Part shown: piece after piece, positions 1-9,062 of the stretch
Numbering within the stretch: the first letter of the stretch is position 1
How the letters are laid out: each line of letters starts with the position of its first letter
Assembly: GCA_964481345.1 (NCBI GenBank)
Contig: CAYZTC010000003.1
Span: 6,653 to 70,652 of the forward strand
Source of the DNA: an uncultured Candidatus Saccharibacteria bacterium
GTDB taxonomy: Bacteria; Patescibacteriota; Dojkabacteria; SC72; JAFGCJ01
DNA length: 64,000 nucleotides
Direction: 5' to 3'
Notes under the pieces: generated by a model
The model's input: only the letters and a program-made list of their open reading frames with translations
Told to the model about the DNA's origin: nothing
The model's database searches: none
Position numbers and translations under genes: made by a program

Positions 1-108
1 AAAGAAATTATGGGATATTGTCGATAATAATTTTTACAATCTGTTTTGTCTGTAATGAAGATTATTGATTTGCGTTTTAACTCTTGACCTAACTTTATAT
101 ACTTATAA

Positions 109-1404
109 ATGTCTGACCTACTGATTAATGGCGGCTCAAAATTGTCAGGTAGCGTGGTGCCTTCTGGAAATAAAAATTCTGCCCTTCCACTTATTTCCGT
201 TTCTCTTCTTACAAAGAAGCCAGTTGTAATTAAAAATATGCCTGATTTGGTTGACGTGAACTTACTTGTTGAAACATTAAGGAAACTTGGTTCACAGATA
301 GACTGGGATAAAAAGAAAAAGGTTCTCAAGATATGTAATAAGAATATTACTTTAGATAAGTTTGATGGACAATTCCCAGCAAGCATGAGAGGGTCCATAC
401 TTTTGATGGCTCCGTTAATATTTCGACTAAAAACTTTAGATTGGGATTCAAAAATTGGTGGTTGTACATTGGGAATAAGGGAAATAGATCCTCATTTGGA
501 TGTTTTGACAACACTTGGTGTTAAAGTTAGGACTGATAATGGGAGAATATCCCTTACTGCAAAAGATGGATTCAAGGGAGGAAATATTTGGCTTGAATAT
601 ATGAGTGTTACGACAACTGAAACTTTTGCTATGGCTGCATCCCTGTCAGGGGGAAAATCAGTACTTACAAATGCTGCAAGTGAACCTCACGTGCAGGAAT
701 TATGTAAAGTACTAACACTTATGGGCGCAAGGATAGATGGAATCGGTACAAGTAGTTTAGAAATAAGAGGAGTAAAAGAGCTCGGTGGATTTGAGTACGA
801 GATTGAATCTGATTACCACGAAGTTACAACATTTCTTGCACTTGGAGCTATGACTGGTGGAAAGATTGAAGTGAAGAATGTAAAACAAGATAATTATAAT
901 TTGATAGTAAGGACATTTGATAAGCTCGGTGTGAAAGTAAAGTTTAAAAACGGGTCAGCGATTGTTTCCGATAGCCAGGATTTAAAGATAAAGGGGCCAT
1001 ACACTAAATACATGATACCTAAAATTGAGGCGGCTCCTTGGCCATATATATCTGCTGATCTATTACCACTTTTTATGGCACTTGCAACCAAATCTAAAGG
1101 TGAGATTATGTTTTGGAATAAGGTTTTTGAAGGTGCAAACCTTTGGATACCAGAGATGATAAAGTTTGGAATAAAGGCATTGATGTGTGATCCTCATAGA
1201 GTGGTAATTTGGGGAGGGCATAAGTTGAGACCAGCGGAAGTTGAGGCGCCAGATATTATTCGTGCTACAGTGGCACTGTTTATGATTGCACAATCTACAA
1301 AAGGTCAAAGTAAGGTAAATAATGCAGATGCTATTAGAAGAGCTCATCCTGAGTTTGTAGAAAGGCTAGTTGAGTTAGGTGCAGACGTTAAATGGGTTGA
1401 TTAG
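109..1404 (+). CDS. murA: UDP-N-acetylglucosamine 1-carboxyvinyltransferase
   Basis: GNKNSALP, GGCTLGIREID catalytic-Cys loop, NAASEPH, APDIIRA motifs. Confidence 0.95.
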   Translation: MSDLLINGGSKLSGSVVPSGNKNSALPLISVSLLTKKPVVIKNMPDLVDVNLLVETLRKLGSQIDWDKKKKVLKICNKNITLDKFDGQFPASMRGSILLMAPLIFRLKTLDWDSKIGGCTLGIREIDPHLDVLTTLGVKVRTDNGRISLTAKDGFKGGNIWLEYMSVTTTETFAMAASLSGGKSVLTNAASEPHVQELCKVLTLMGARIDGIGTSSLEIRGVKELGGFEYEIESDYHEVTTFLALGAMTGGKIEVKNVKQDNYNLIVRTFDKLGVKVKFKNGSAIVSDSQDLKIKGPYTKYMIPKIEAAPWPYISADLLPLFMALATKSKGEIMFWNKVFEGANLWIPEMIKFGIKALMCDPHRVVIWGGHKLRPAEVEAPDIIRATVALFMIAQSTKGQSKVNNADAIRRAHPEFVERLVELGADVKWVD

Positions 1405-1417
1405 GTATAATAATTGT

Positions 1418-2809
1418 ATGAAATCTTTTCCTCAATATAAAGGCAAAAAAGTTCTGGTGTGGGGGTTAGGTTTAAACGATGGTGGCTTGGGTATGGTTGA
1501 GTTTTTCATTCAGCAAGGTGCTATTGTAACTACGACTGATTTAAAGACAGAAAAACAGTTAGCCTCTACTCTGAAGAAGCTGAAAAAATATGGAAACAAG
1601 ATAAGTTATGTGTTGGGAGAACATAGAAAGAAAGATTTTGAATCTGCCGACTTGATTATTAGAAATCCCGCAATTAAACCGGATAACGAACTTCTTAGAT
1701 ATGTTGAAAAAATTGGGAAAGATGTTGAGATGGAGCAAAGTCTTTTCCATAGACTTAAACCGTGTCCTGTGATTGGTGTAACTGGTACAAGGGGAAAGTC
1801 AACTACGACAACTTTGGTATATGAAATGATGAAAGAACGATATAGTGACAGAGTATTTTTAGGTGGAAACATTGGAAAAAGTGTAATGAGGGTTCTTCCA
1901 AAATTAAATAAGGAAAATATTGGGATACTGGAAATGTCTAATTTTCATCTTGATCAAATGGGTAAAGAGAAGATTTCTCCAGAATACGCTCTCATCACAA
2001 ATATGTTCATGGATCATATCGACTGGCATGGAAGTATGGAGGAATATATTAAGGCGAAGAAAAATATCTTTGTTAATCAGGTTAAAAACGGTTTTACTGT
2101 TCTTAACTTGGATAACATTATAACGTCAGGATTTGTTGATGAAGTATCATCCGAGGTCATTACTTTTTCTTTGAAAAACAAAAAAGCTGATTACTATACA
2201 GATGGTAATCTTGATATTTATCATGATGGAAGAAAGTTATTGAATCTTTCGGAAAGTTCACTTGAAGGAGAACATAATATTTATAACCTTACCTCAGCAG
2301 TGGCTTTAACTCATAGATTTGGAGTGAGTGTAGATAAGATCCTTGAGGTTGTTAGTAAATTTGAAGGAATAGAAGGAAGGCAAGAGCTCGTGAGGAATTT
2401 AAATGGAATAAGATTTTATAATGATACAACTGCAACTTCCGTTGAGGCAGTTGAGGTAGCGATGAACAGGTTTGGTCCGAAAAATAAAAAGAAAATCATC
2501 ATGATTTCTGGCGGCGTGGATAAAGGGCTTGATTATTCAGTGATCTCAAAATCTGTAAATAAATATGTTAAAGCAATGGTACTTCTTGAAGGTACTGCAT
2601 CTGAAAAATTATTTGAACAATTTAAAGATGGTGATTTGAAGATAGAAAAATATTTTGGGGATTTTAAGAAAGCAGTTAAAACGGCATATGAGATTGCGGA
2701 GTCTGGGGATATGGTAATTCTTGTTCCTAGTGCCTCAAGCTTCAATATGTTTGAAAATGAGTTTGATAGAGGTGCACAGTACAATAAAATTGTCAAAAAC
2801 CTGAAATGA
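1418..2809 (+). CDS. murD: UDP-N-acetylmuramoyl-L-alanine--D-glutamate ligase
   Basis: GLGLNDGG, GVTGTRGKSTT, YNDTTATS, SFNMFENEFDRG; start set at ATG 1418, 6 nt after TATAAT (1406-1411). Confidence 0.93.
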   Translation: MKSFPQYKGKKVLVWGLGLNDGGLGMVEFFIQQGAIVTTTDLKTEKQLASTLKKLKKYGNKISYVLGEHRKKDFESADLIIRNPAIKPDNELLRYVEKIGKDVEMEQSLFHRLKPCPVIGVTGTRGKSTTTTLVYEMMKERYSDRVFLGGNIGKSVMRVLPKLNKENIGILEMSNFHLDQMGKEKISPEYALITNMFMDHIDWHGSMEEYIKAKKNIFVNQVKNGFTVLNLDNIITSGFVDEVSSEVITFSLKNKKADYYTDGNLDIYHDGRKLLNLSESSLEGEHNIYNLTSAVALTHRFGVSVDKILEVVSKFEGIEGRQELVRNLNGIRFYNDTTATSVEAVEVAMNRFGPKNKKKIIMISGGVDKGLDYSVISKSVNKYVKAMVLLEGTASEKLFEQFKDGDLKIEKYFGDFKKAVKTAYEIAESGDMVILVPSASSFNMFENEFDRGAQYNKIVKNLK

Positions 2810-4419
2810 AAGAGTTAAACTATTTAAAAATAAACAAAATAGCTTGTGTGGGAATTGGCGGTGAGGGTCAGACATATCTTGCAAAGTTTTTTCATTTACT
2901 GGGAGTAGATATTGAGGGTTCTGATATATCTGAGAATGAAAGAGTTAAAGAGCTAAAATCATTAGGAATTAGGATCAATCTTAAAAACCCTGATAAACCT
3001 TTTTCCAAAGATACTGATTTTTATATCTATACAAATGCACTTTCTGACGAGTTGAAGGAGAATCTTAAGAAACTAAACCCAGGAGTAACTGGAATTGAAG
3101 TTGGGAAGATGTATGACATTTTAGTAACAGACTATGAGGCAGGACGAATGTCTGAAAAAGTTAAACTAGCTTTTAATAACTCAGAGGTTGCCCCATTGTA
3201 TGAACTTGACTATTCGAAGATGAAATACATCGGTGTTACTGGTACGGACGGAAAAACAACTACTACAACAATGATCTACCATATACTGAAGGACCAGGGA
3301 TTTAAGCCCGCATTGATCTCTTCTGTTAGTGCAAAAATTGGAGATGAGGAAATTGATACTGGATTTCATGTCACTACCCCATCATCCCAAGAGTTATACA
3401 AACTTTTGAAAAAAGTTGAGGATGAAAAATGTACTCATGTTGTTATCGAAGCAACCTCTCATGGATTATCTATGTGCAGATTGGCTGGAATAAAATTTGA
3501 TGTTGCAGTTTACACTAACATTACAAATGAACATCTAGATTATTTTGGTACTTGGAAAGGTTTATTTGAGGCTAAGTCTAGGCTTATTACTCGTCATCTA
3601 AAAGATAGTGGCTTTGCTGTGTTAAATAAGGATGACAAATCATTCTCTGGACTTTCCAAACTTACTAATAATTTCATCTCTTACTCTCAGAATAGTTTGG
3701 AGCATGAGCGAAGGGCAATTTGGTTGATGGATTTAGTTTCTGGTGAGGGTTTGTCATTTAAGTTTGGAATGAACTTCAATAACAAAAGTTTTAGAAATAT
3801 CGAAGTTGATTTTGACCTTATTGGTGATTACAATATTTCTAACTCTCTTGCAGCAATCTCTGCTTGCCATCTATTAGGTATCGAACCTGATGACACTGTA
3901 AGTACATTATCTGGTTTTGAGACAGTGGAAGGAAGAATGCAGGTACTTCAACAGAGGCCGTTTCAGGTAATTGTTGACTTTGCGCATACATCAAATGCGC
4001 TTAGAAGCGCACTCGGGTCTGTTAGAGAACTGACAAAAAATAAACTTATTGTTGTATTTGGCTGTGCTGGTCAAAGAGATAAGTACAAAAGATTTGAGAT
4101 GGGAAAAATTGTAGCTGAGCTTGCTGATATAACCATTGTTACAGCAGAAGATCCGCGAACTGAAAAATTGTCTGATATCAACGATGAGATAGAACGAGGA
4201 TGGAAATCAGTAAAAACTCCAGGGAAAAAATTTATTAGATTTGATAATGAGAAGGATAACGTGGAATCTAGACGTGATGCAATAAAAAAAGCGCTCGATT
4301 TTGCTTCTGAGGAGGATACGGTAATTATTACAGGTAAAGCACATGAGAAGAGCTTGTGTTTTGGTACTGAGGAATATCCTTGGAATGATATAGAAGAGAC
4401 TGAAAAACTTTTGAAATGA
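2806..4419 (+). CDS. murE: MurE-type tripeptide ligase with a MurC-like N-terminal domain
   Basis: GVTGTDGKTTT, HVTTP, EATSHGL, VDFAHT, FGCAGQRD, EDPR, GKAHE; N-terminus GIGGEGQTYLA resembles MurC. Confidence 0.85.
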   Translation: MKELNYLKINKIACVGIGGEGQTYLAKFFHLLGVDIEGSDISENERVKELKSLGIRINLKNPDKPFSKDTDFYIYTNALSDELKENLKKLNPGVTGIEVGKMYDILVTDYEAGRMSEKVKLAFNNSEVAPLYELDYSKMKYIGVTGTDGKTTTTTMIYHILKDQGFKPALISSVSAKIGDEEIDTGFHVTTPSSQELYKLLKKVEDEKCTHVVIEATSHGLSMCRLAGIKFDVAVYTNITNEHLDYFGTWKGLFEAKSRLITRHLKDSGFAVLNKDDKSFSGLSKLTNNFISYSQNSLEHERRAIWLMDLVSGEGLSFKFGMNFNNKSFRNIEVDFDLIGDYNISNSLAAISACHLLGIEPDDTVSTLSGFETVEGRMQVLQQRPFQVIVDFAHTSNALRSALGSVRELTKNKLIVVFGCAGQRDKYKRFEMGKIVAELADITIVTAEDPRTEKLSDINDEIERGWKSVKTPGKKFIRFDNEKDNVESRRDAIKKALDFASEEDTVIITGKAHEKSLCFGTEEYPWNDIEETEKLLK

Positions 4420-5348
4420 AATTTCCAAAAGAATTACAGAACGTAATTAAGAATGAACCTCTTTCAAGGTACTCAACAGTTGGTATAGGTGGTCCTGCTG
4501 AATATCTGTTTATTCCTCAAGATTTCGAAGAGTTAGAAAAAGCAATCCTTGTCGCAAGAAAAAATAGTATCCCGGTGACAATTATTGGTAAGGGAAGTAA
4601 TGTTTTGATATCCGATTTTGGTATTAAAGGTCTTGTTATTGTTAGTGTAAAAGGGAAATATGAAATTCTAGATGATACAAATAATGTTACGAAAGTGTTA
4701 TGTGACAGTGGGTTATCTCTTCAAAAGTTATCTGTTGAAATGTTTGAAAGGGACCTTATCGGCCTAGAAAACTTTTCAGGGATTCCATGCTCTATAGGTG
4801 GTGCAGTCTATAACAATATTCATGGAGTAGATTCTATGTTTGGTGATTTGATCGAGTGGGTAGAATATTTGGATAAGGACAATCATATTCAGAAAGTCAC
4901 GAGAGATGAGTGTAAATTTGAATATGACAAAAGTACGTTTCAAGAAAATGGTGGAATTATACTCCGTGTTAGTTTATCACTGCAAAATGGAGATGGGAAT
5001 TCTGCAAGGAAAAAGTGGGATGAAATTCGCAGTGGAAAACTTAAGGTTCAACCTCAGAAGAGTTTGGGATGTGTATTTAAAAATTTCTCAGAAGAAGTCG
5101 TTAAAAAATACAATCTCCCGACTCCAAGTGTGGGATGGTTTATAGAGCACAAACTTAAGATGGGTGGATATCGAGTTGGGAATGCAAGAGTTTCATCAAA
5201 GCATCATAACTTTATTGAGAATATTGGTAAGGCAATTTCAAAAGATTATCTTCATGTAATTAGAGATATTCAGAAGAAAGCAAAAAATGAGTTTGGGATC
5301 GAGTTAGAACTTGAGATACAGCTGTTGGGGTTTGACCATACAACTTAG
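4416..5348 (+). CDS. murB: UDP-N-acetylmuramate dehydrogenase
   Basis: IGGPA, GKGSNVL, GIPCSIGGA, SLGCVFKN, KHHNFIEN, LELEI. Confidence 0.95.
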   Translation: MKFPKELQNVIKNEPLSRYSTVGIGGPAEYLFIPQDFEELEKAILVARKNSIPVTIIGKGSNVLISDFGIKGLVIVSVKGKYEILDDTNNVTKVLCDSGLSLQKLSVEMFERDLIGLENFSGIPCSIGGAVYNNIHGVDSMFGDLIEWVEYLDKDNHIQKVTRDECKFEYDKSTFQENGGIILRVSLSLQNGDGNSARKKWDEIRSGKLKVQPQKSLGCVFKNFSEEVVKKYNLPTPSVGWFIEHKLKMGGYRVGNARVSSKHHNFIENIGKAISKDYLHVIRDIQKKAKNEFGIELELEIQLLGFDHTT

Positions 5349-6412
5349 TCTTCTTGAGGTTTATCCAGGAGGTTTTGTTGAGTGTTCATTTCATCTCCTG
5401 AAATTCGCAACACATCTTTATCAATTTGTCCAAACTGTTTAGTGGCACTGTTATATGAACTTACAGTTTTACCTAAATGGCTTCCTACTTTTTCCATGTG
5501 ATCCTGGTAGTTTACCAGGTGTTTGCCAAGCTTCTTTACGTTTTTGATAACTTCTTTAACGGACTCTTCTACTTTCAATGCTTTGAGAGCTTGAAGAATA
5601 GTTTGTAGATAAGCAAAGAAAGTATTCGGGGAAACAATAATAACTTTCTTGCTGAATGCAAAGTTTATCAAATCCTCAGAGCTAACGTTTGTTGAGCCAA
5701 CTTTATATACAAGGAGATTATAGAAAATACCTTCCGCGGGGATAAACATTATTGCAAAATCAGATGTTCCCTCCTCAGGTCTTATGTATTTTGATGTTTC
5801 TACAATTCTATTTTTTAAGTCCATCTTGAATTCCTTTTCTAATTTTTCTCTTCTATCTTTACTTGTTTCCTTTTGAATCTGGTTATATTTTTCGAGGGAA
5901 AACTTTGCGTCAATTGGAATTATCTTATCTCTAACAATAAGTGCAGCATCTACTATCTCCCCATCTTTAAATTTGTATTGCATTTTATAAGTGCCCTGTG
6001 GCATTACTTTGCTAAGAAGATCTTCTAAGAAATACTCACCTAGTATTCCTCTTTGCTTGGGGTTTTTAAGAATATTTTCGAGGGACTGAAGTTGAGTGGC
6101 AAACTCCACTACCCTTTTATTCGTGTCGTCAAGTTTTGTAAGTTTTTCTGTTACCTCACGGATTGTTTTTGTAGTGTCAGTTCCAAGCTGTTGCAGCATT
6201 TTTGTATTGGTACCATATTGCTTTTGAATTGCCTCATTTGTATCTTTCATCTTTTCAGTAAGTTGGCGGGTTAGCTCATTTATCTGGTTTTGAAGAAGTA
6301 GTATGCTTTTCTCATCCTGAGGATTCTTTAGTTTGTTTAGAATAGCAATAATTCCTCCTACCACAATAAGTAGAAGTGCAAAAAAAAGTATGTAGATAAG
6401 TGTTTGACTCAT
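5345..6412 (-). CDS. rmuC: DNA recombination protein RmuC
   Basis: N-terminal TM helix, coiled coil, RGILGE, IDAKF, FAIMFIPAE. Confidence 0.92.
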   Translation of the reverse strand: MSQTLIYILFFALLLIVVGGIIAILNKLKNPQDEKSILLLQNQINELTRQLTEKMKDTNEAIQKQYGTNTKMLQQLGTDTTKTIREVTEKLTKLDDTNKRVVEFATQLQSLENILKNPKQRGILGEYFLEDLLSKVMPQGTYKMQYKFKDGEIVDAALIVRDKIIPIDAKFSLEKYNQIQKETSKDRREKLEKEFKMDLKNRIVETSKYIRPEEGTSDFAIMFIPAEGIFYNLLVYKVGSTNVSSEDLINFAFSKKVIIVSPNTFFAYLQTILQALKALKVEESVKEVIKNVKKLGKHLVNYQDHMEKVGSHLGKTVSSYNSATKQFGQIDKDVLRISGDEMNTQQNLLDKPQED

Positions 6413-6457
6413 GAGAAAGATTATAGTGGAAAATTGGAATTGATGGAAATAAGGAAA

Positions 6458-6514
6458 GGGCTGTACTATTCAATGTCCGGAGTAAATCCAGCAATGAAAG
6501 CAATAGTACAGCCC
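6458..6514 (-). terminator. 13-bp perfect stem with large loop, followed by TTTCCTT on the minus strand
   Basis: GGGCTGTACTATT (6458-6470) / AATAGTACAGCCC (6502-6514). Confidence 0.55.
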
Positions 6515-6518
6515 ACGG

Positions 6519-6554
6519 CTATTCATAAAGAAGTATGAACCATGTTTTTTTCAT
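6519..6554 (-). CDS. candidate micro-ORF MKKTWFILLYE
   Basis: GGAGG 9 nt before ATG; similar to the neighbouring micro-ORF. Confidence 0.35.
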   Translation of the reverse strand: MKKTWFILLYE

Positions 6555-6627
6555 GGTTGTGACCCTCCCTTTCAGGAATACTTACTTTTGCCGACTGTTT
6601 GCGCTTTTATCCAGATTTTATGATTGG

Positions 6628-6669
6628 CTAGATAAAACCGCTGGTAAAAAAGTACCATTTTGTTCGCAT
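6628..6669 (-). CDS. candidate micro-ORF MRTKWYFFTSGFI
   Basis: AGGAGG 5 nt before ATG; upstream TTGAAA-18-TATAAT on the minus strand near 6778-6807. Confidence 0.35.
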   Translation of the reverse strand: MRTKWYFFTSGFI

Positions 6670-6818
6670 TAGAACCTCCTTTTGGGTTTTGCGAACTTGC
6701 CAAAAATTCGGAGAAAAAAATATTCTCCTACTTAAAGTTCATCGGAAAACTGGGATGTAAGATCCCACCGGTAATCTATTATATAGGGTAAAAGGAGTGT
6801 TTTTCAAGTGGGAAACAG

Positions 6819-6984
6819 GAGGACTGTCCTTGGCAAGGCTGTTTTTATCCGCAATTCTGCACAAACGTTTTCATGAAGAGATTTTTAAGTGGTTTACCCT
6901 AGAATGTCCATTAATACTAAAACGACAATAAATATTGACATAATAGGAAACTATCATGGACAGACCCTGCCAAGGACAGTCCTC
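6819..6984. repeat. REPIN/MITE-like element with 17-bp perfect terminal inverted repeats
   Basis: GAGGACTGTCCTTGGCA (6819-6835) / TGCCAAGGACAGTCCTC (6968-6984). Confidence 0.7.
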
Positions 6985-6997
6985 GCTGAACTACAGG

Positions 6998-7567
6998 CTA
7001 CTCGTCACTCAACTCCAGGGCAGCTTCGTTATTTGCATTATCGTATGTCATCAACAATGAGTAATCGCCTTTTCCAGCTGTCAATAATCTTGAGTTAGCA
7101 ATCGAAATATCGCTTTCGATCTCGAAGCCGTTTGCAGTTAAGGTTGATTTGAAGGTATCAATATTTGAGCTAGAAACGTTGTTAAAAGTTAGAATCCAAG
7201 ATATTCCATCTTGGTACTCACTCTTTGTTGCATATTCAATGTCTCCACCTTCAAACTCTGGAAATGCACTTGGTATGTCAGTTGGCCATGAAGATACTTC
7301 TCCTGAGTAGTAAGATCCTTCCTCTGTTTCAATGGAAATACTTCCATCTTCCTGATCTATCTCAACGTCTGCATCTTCTCCGGTACTCTCCTCAATTGCT
7401 TCTTCCATAGATTCTTCTGTTGCCTGTTCAGCAAAATAGTTTGATACTGGATTTCCTGGAATATTGATAATTCCCTTGTAGTCAAGATAAACAGCAACTG
7501 CAAAAATGAATATGAGAGAGAGTAAACTTGCAATAACAATCAGGATTACTTTAGTATTTTTGTTCAT
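6998..7567 (-). CDS. membrane-anchored acidic hypothetical protein
   Basis: N-terminal TM helix, E/D-rich linker, WPTDIP motif. Confidence 0.75.
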   Translation of the reverse strand: MNKNTKVILIVIASLLSLIFIFAVAVYLDYKGIINIPGNPVSNYFAEQATEESMEEAIEESTGEDADVEIDQEDGSISIETEEGSYYSGEVSSWPTDIPSAFPEFEGGDIEYATKSEYQDGISWILTFNNVSSSNIDTFKSTLTANGFEIESDISIANSRLLTAGKGDYSLLMTYDNANNEAALELSDE

Positions 7568-7588
7568 GAATTGGACAGATCAATCTAT

Positions 7589-8338
7589 TTATAACTCTTC
7601 CCCTCCCAGTTTACCATAAATCTTGTTATATATTTGATGGAACTTCTTGCTATCCTTGAATCCAAACAGCCTTCTAAAGTACGCATAAAGGACAAGATAG
7701 CTAATCTGAAAAAACTCTTTTCCATTCATTTTTTCGTATCTTCTTCCTGATGTCTCTATTGTCATTCCCACTACTCCATATTTTGCGCCTCTTTTGCTTG
7801 CCTTAAGAAAAAGATCAGAGTCCTCATGAATAAGTAGTTCCTCATTAAATTTTCCAATTTCTTCAAATAACCTTTTGGTAATTAACATGCAAGCCCCTGA
7901 TTCTGACATAATATTTTTTAAGTGTCGTAGCAATACTTGATTGACCACTTTTGTAGTATTAAATCCAAGCTCAGCAATGATTTTCTTTACTCCCTTGTTG
8001 TTAAATTTAATAAAGGTCGTACCTATATCTAGCTCTCTTTTTAGGAAAGATTTAACAAAATTTTCTATAAATGTACTTTTCAGTAAAACCATATCAGCGT
8101 CAAGAAACAGTAACAAATCCCCTTTGGCAATTTTTGCCCCGGCATTTCTTCCTTTTGCGGGAGAGCCACCATTTACTATAATGCAACTATGCTCTTTTGC
8201 GATCTTTCTGGTTCGATCCTTAGAAAAACCATCTGAAACAATGATCTCATCAGGTTGCATGGTTTGATTTCCGATGGATTTGAGTAATCTACCTAAAAAT
8301 TTTTCTTCTTGATATGTAGGAATAATGATGGATAACAT
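7589..8338 (-). CDS. glycosyltransferase family 2
   Basis: SIIIPTYQEE, GRNAGA, FLDAD, HEDSD. Confidence 0.9.
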   Translation of the reverse strand: MLSIIIPTYQEEKFLGRLLKSIGNQTMQPDEIIVSDGFSKDRTRKIAKEHSCIIVNGGSPAKGRNAGAKIAKGDLLLFLDADMVLLKSTFIENFVKSFLKRELDIGTTFIKFNNKGVKKIIAELGFNTTKVVNQVLLRHLKNIMSESGACMLITKRLFEEIGKFNEELLIHEDSDLFLKASKRGAKYGVVGMTIETSGRRYEKMNGKEFFQISYLVLYAYFRRLFGFKDSKKFHQIYNKIYGKLGGEEL

Positions 8339-8358
8339 AAATCTGGGATATTATATAT

Positions 8359-8903
8359 TTACTTTGACCATTTTTCAAAATACCTATCTTTTAGTGAAAA
8401 AATGCATCCACAATAGTTTTGCTTGTAAAACCCTCTTGTTTTAAGGTCTTTAAATTTTCTAACTTTAACAAACTCTAGATTTTCCGTTTCTAAAGTCTTT
8501 GCAATTTTGGATATCTCTCTGTTATTTTGGAATTGACTTGTTAGTAATGTTGTAGAAAAAACTTGTATTTGTTTTTCTTTGCGTATTCAATTGTTTTATA
8601 AAGTCTGTGTTTCCAGCAAAGCTTGCATCTTCGGTGGTTTTGGTTATCTTCATTGAAATCTATTGCTTCAAACCATTTTTTGGGACTCCAGTCTGAGATT
8701 ATTAATGTTAGATCATTTTGTTTGGCAATGTCTTTCAGGGCTTTAAGCCTTGCCAAGTACTCAGATCTTGGATGAATGTTGTTATTGTCAAAATACAGGG
8801 ATATTTCATAACCATTATCCACAGAATGTACGAATTTCAGTGCACAGTCAGCACAGCAAGTGTGGAGAAGTAGTCTACTCTTCTGATTCTTCATCTTCTT
8901 CAT
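8359..8903 (-). pseudogene. queH: epoxyqueuosine reductase QueH (DUF208), frameshifted at a T6 run (about 8556-8561)
   Basis: LLLHTCCADC, NNNIHPRSEY, RCKLCW in the first frame; the shifted frame continues STTLL...YKQNYCGCIFS to TAA at 8359. Confidence 0.85.
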
Positions 8904-9045
8904 CTATTACCTCCACGTCAGTTTCTTCAATAAGTTTCATCGGTTGGTTGCAGCATGATAGTTTGCCACCACCAATTTTTGTAACTATTACTTCATTACC
9001 ACACTTTTCACAAGAATAAATTTGTCCTATCTGAGAGACTTTCAT
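8875..9045 (-). CDS. desulforedoxin-like Fe(Cys)4 protein with acidic tail (56 aa; absent from the ORF track)
   Basis: MKVSQIGQIYSCEKCGNEV...GGGKLSCCNQPM, the CxxC...CC pattern. Confidence 0.85.
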   Translation of the reverse strand: MKVSQIGQIYSCEKCGNEVIVTKIGGGKLSCCNQPMKLIEETDVEVIDEEDEESEE

Positions 9046-9062
9046 TTTTTGAATTTGAGAAA

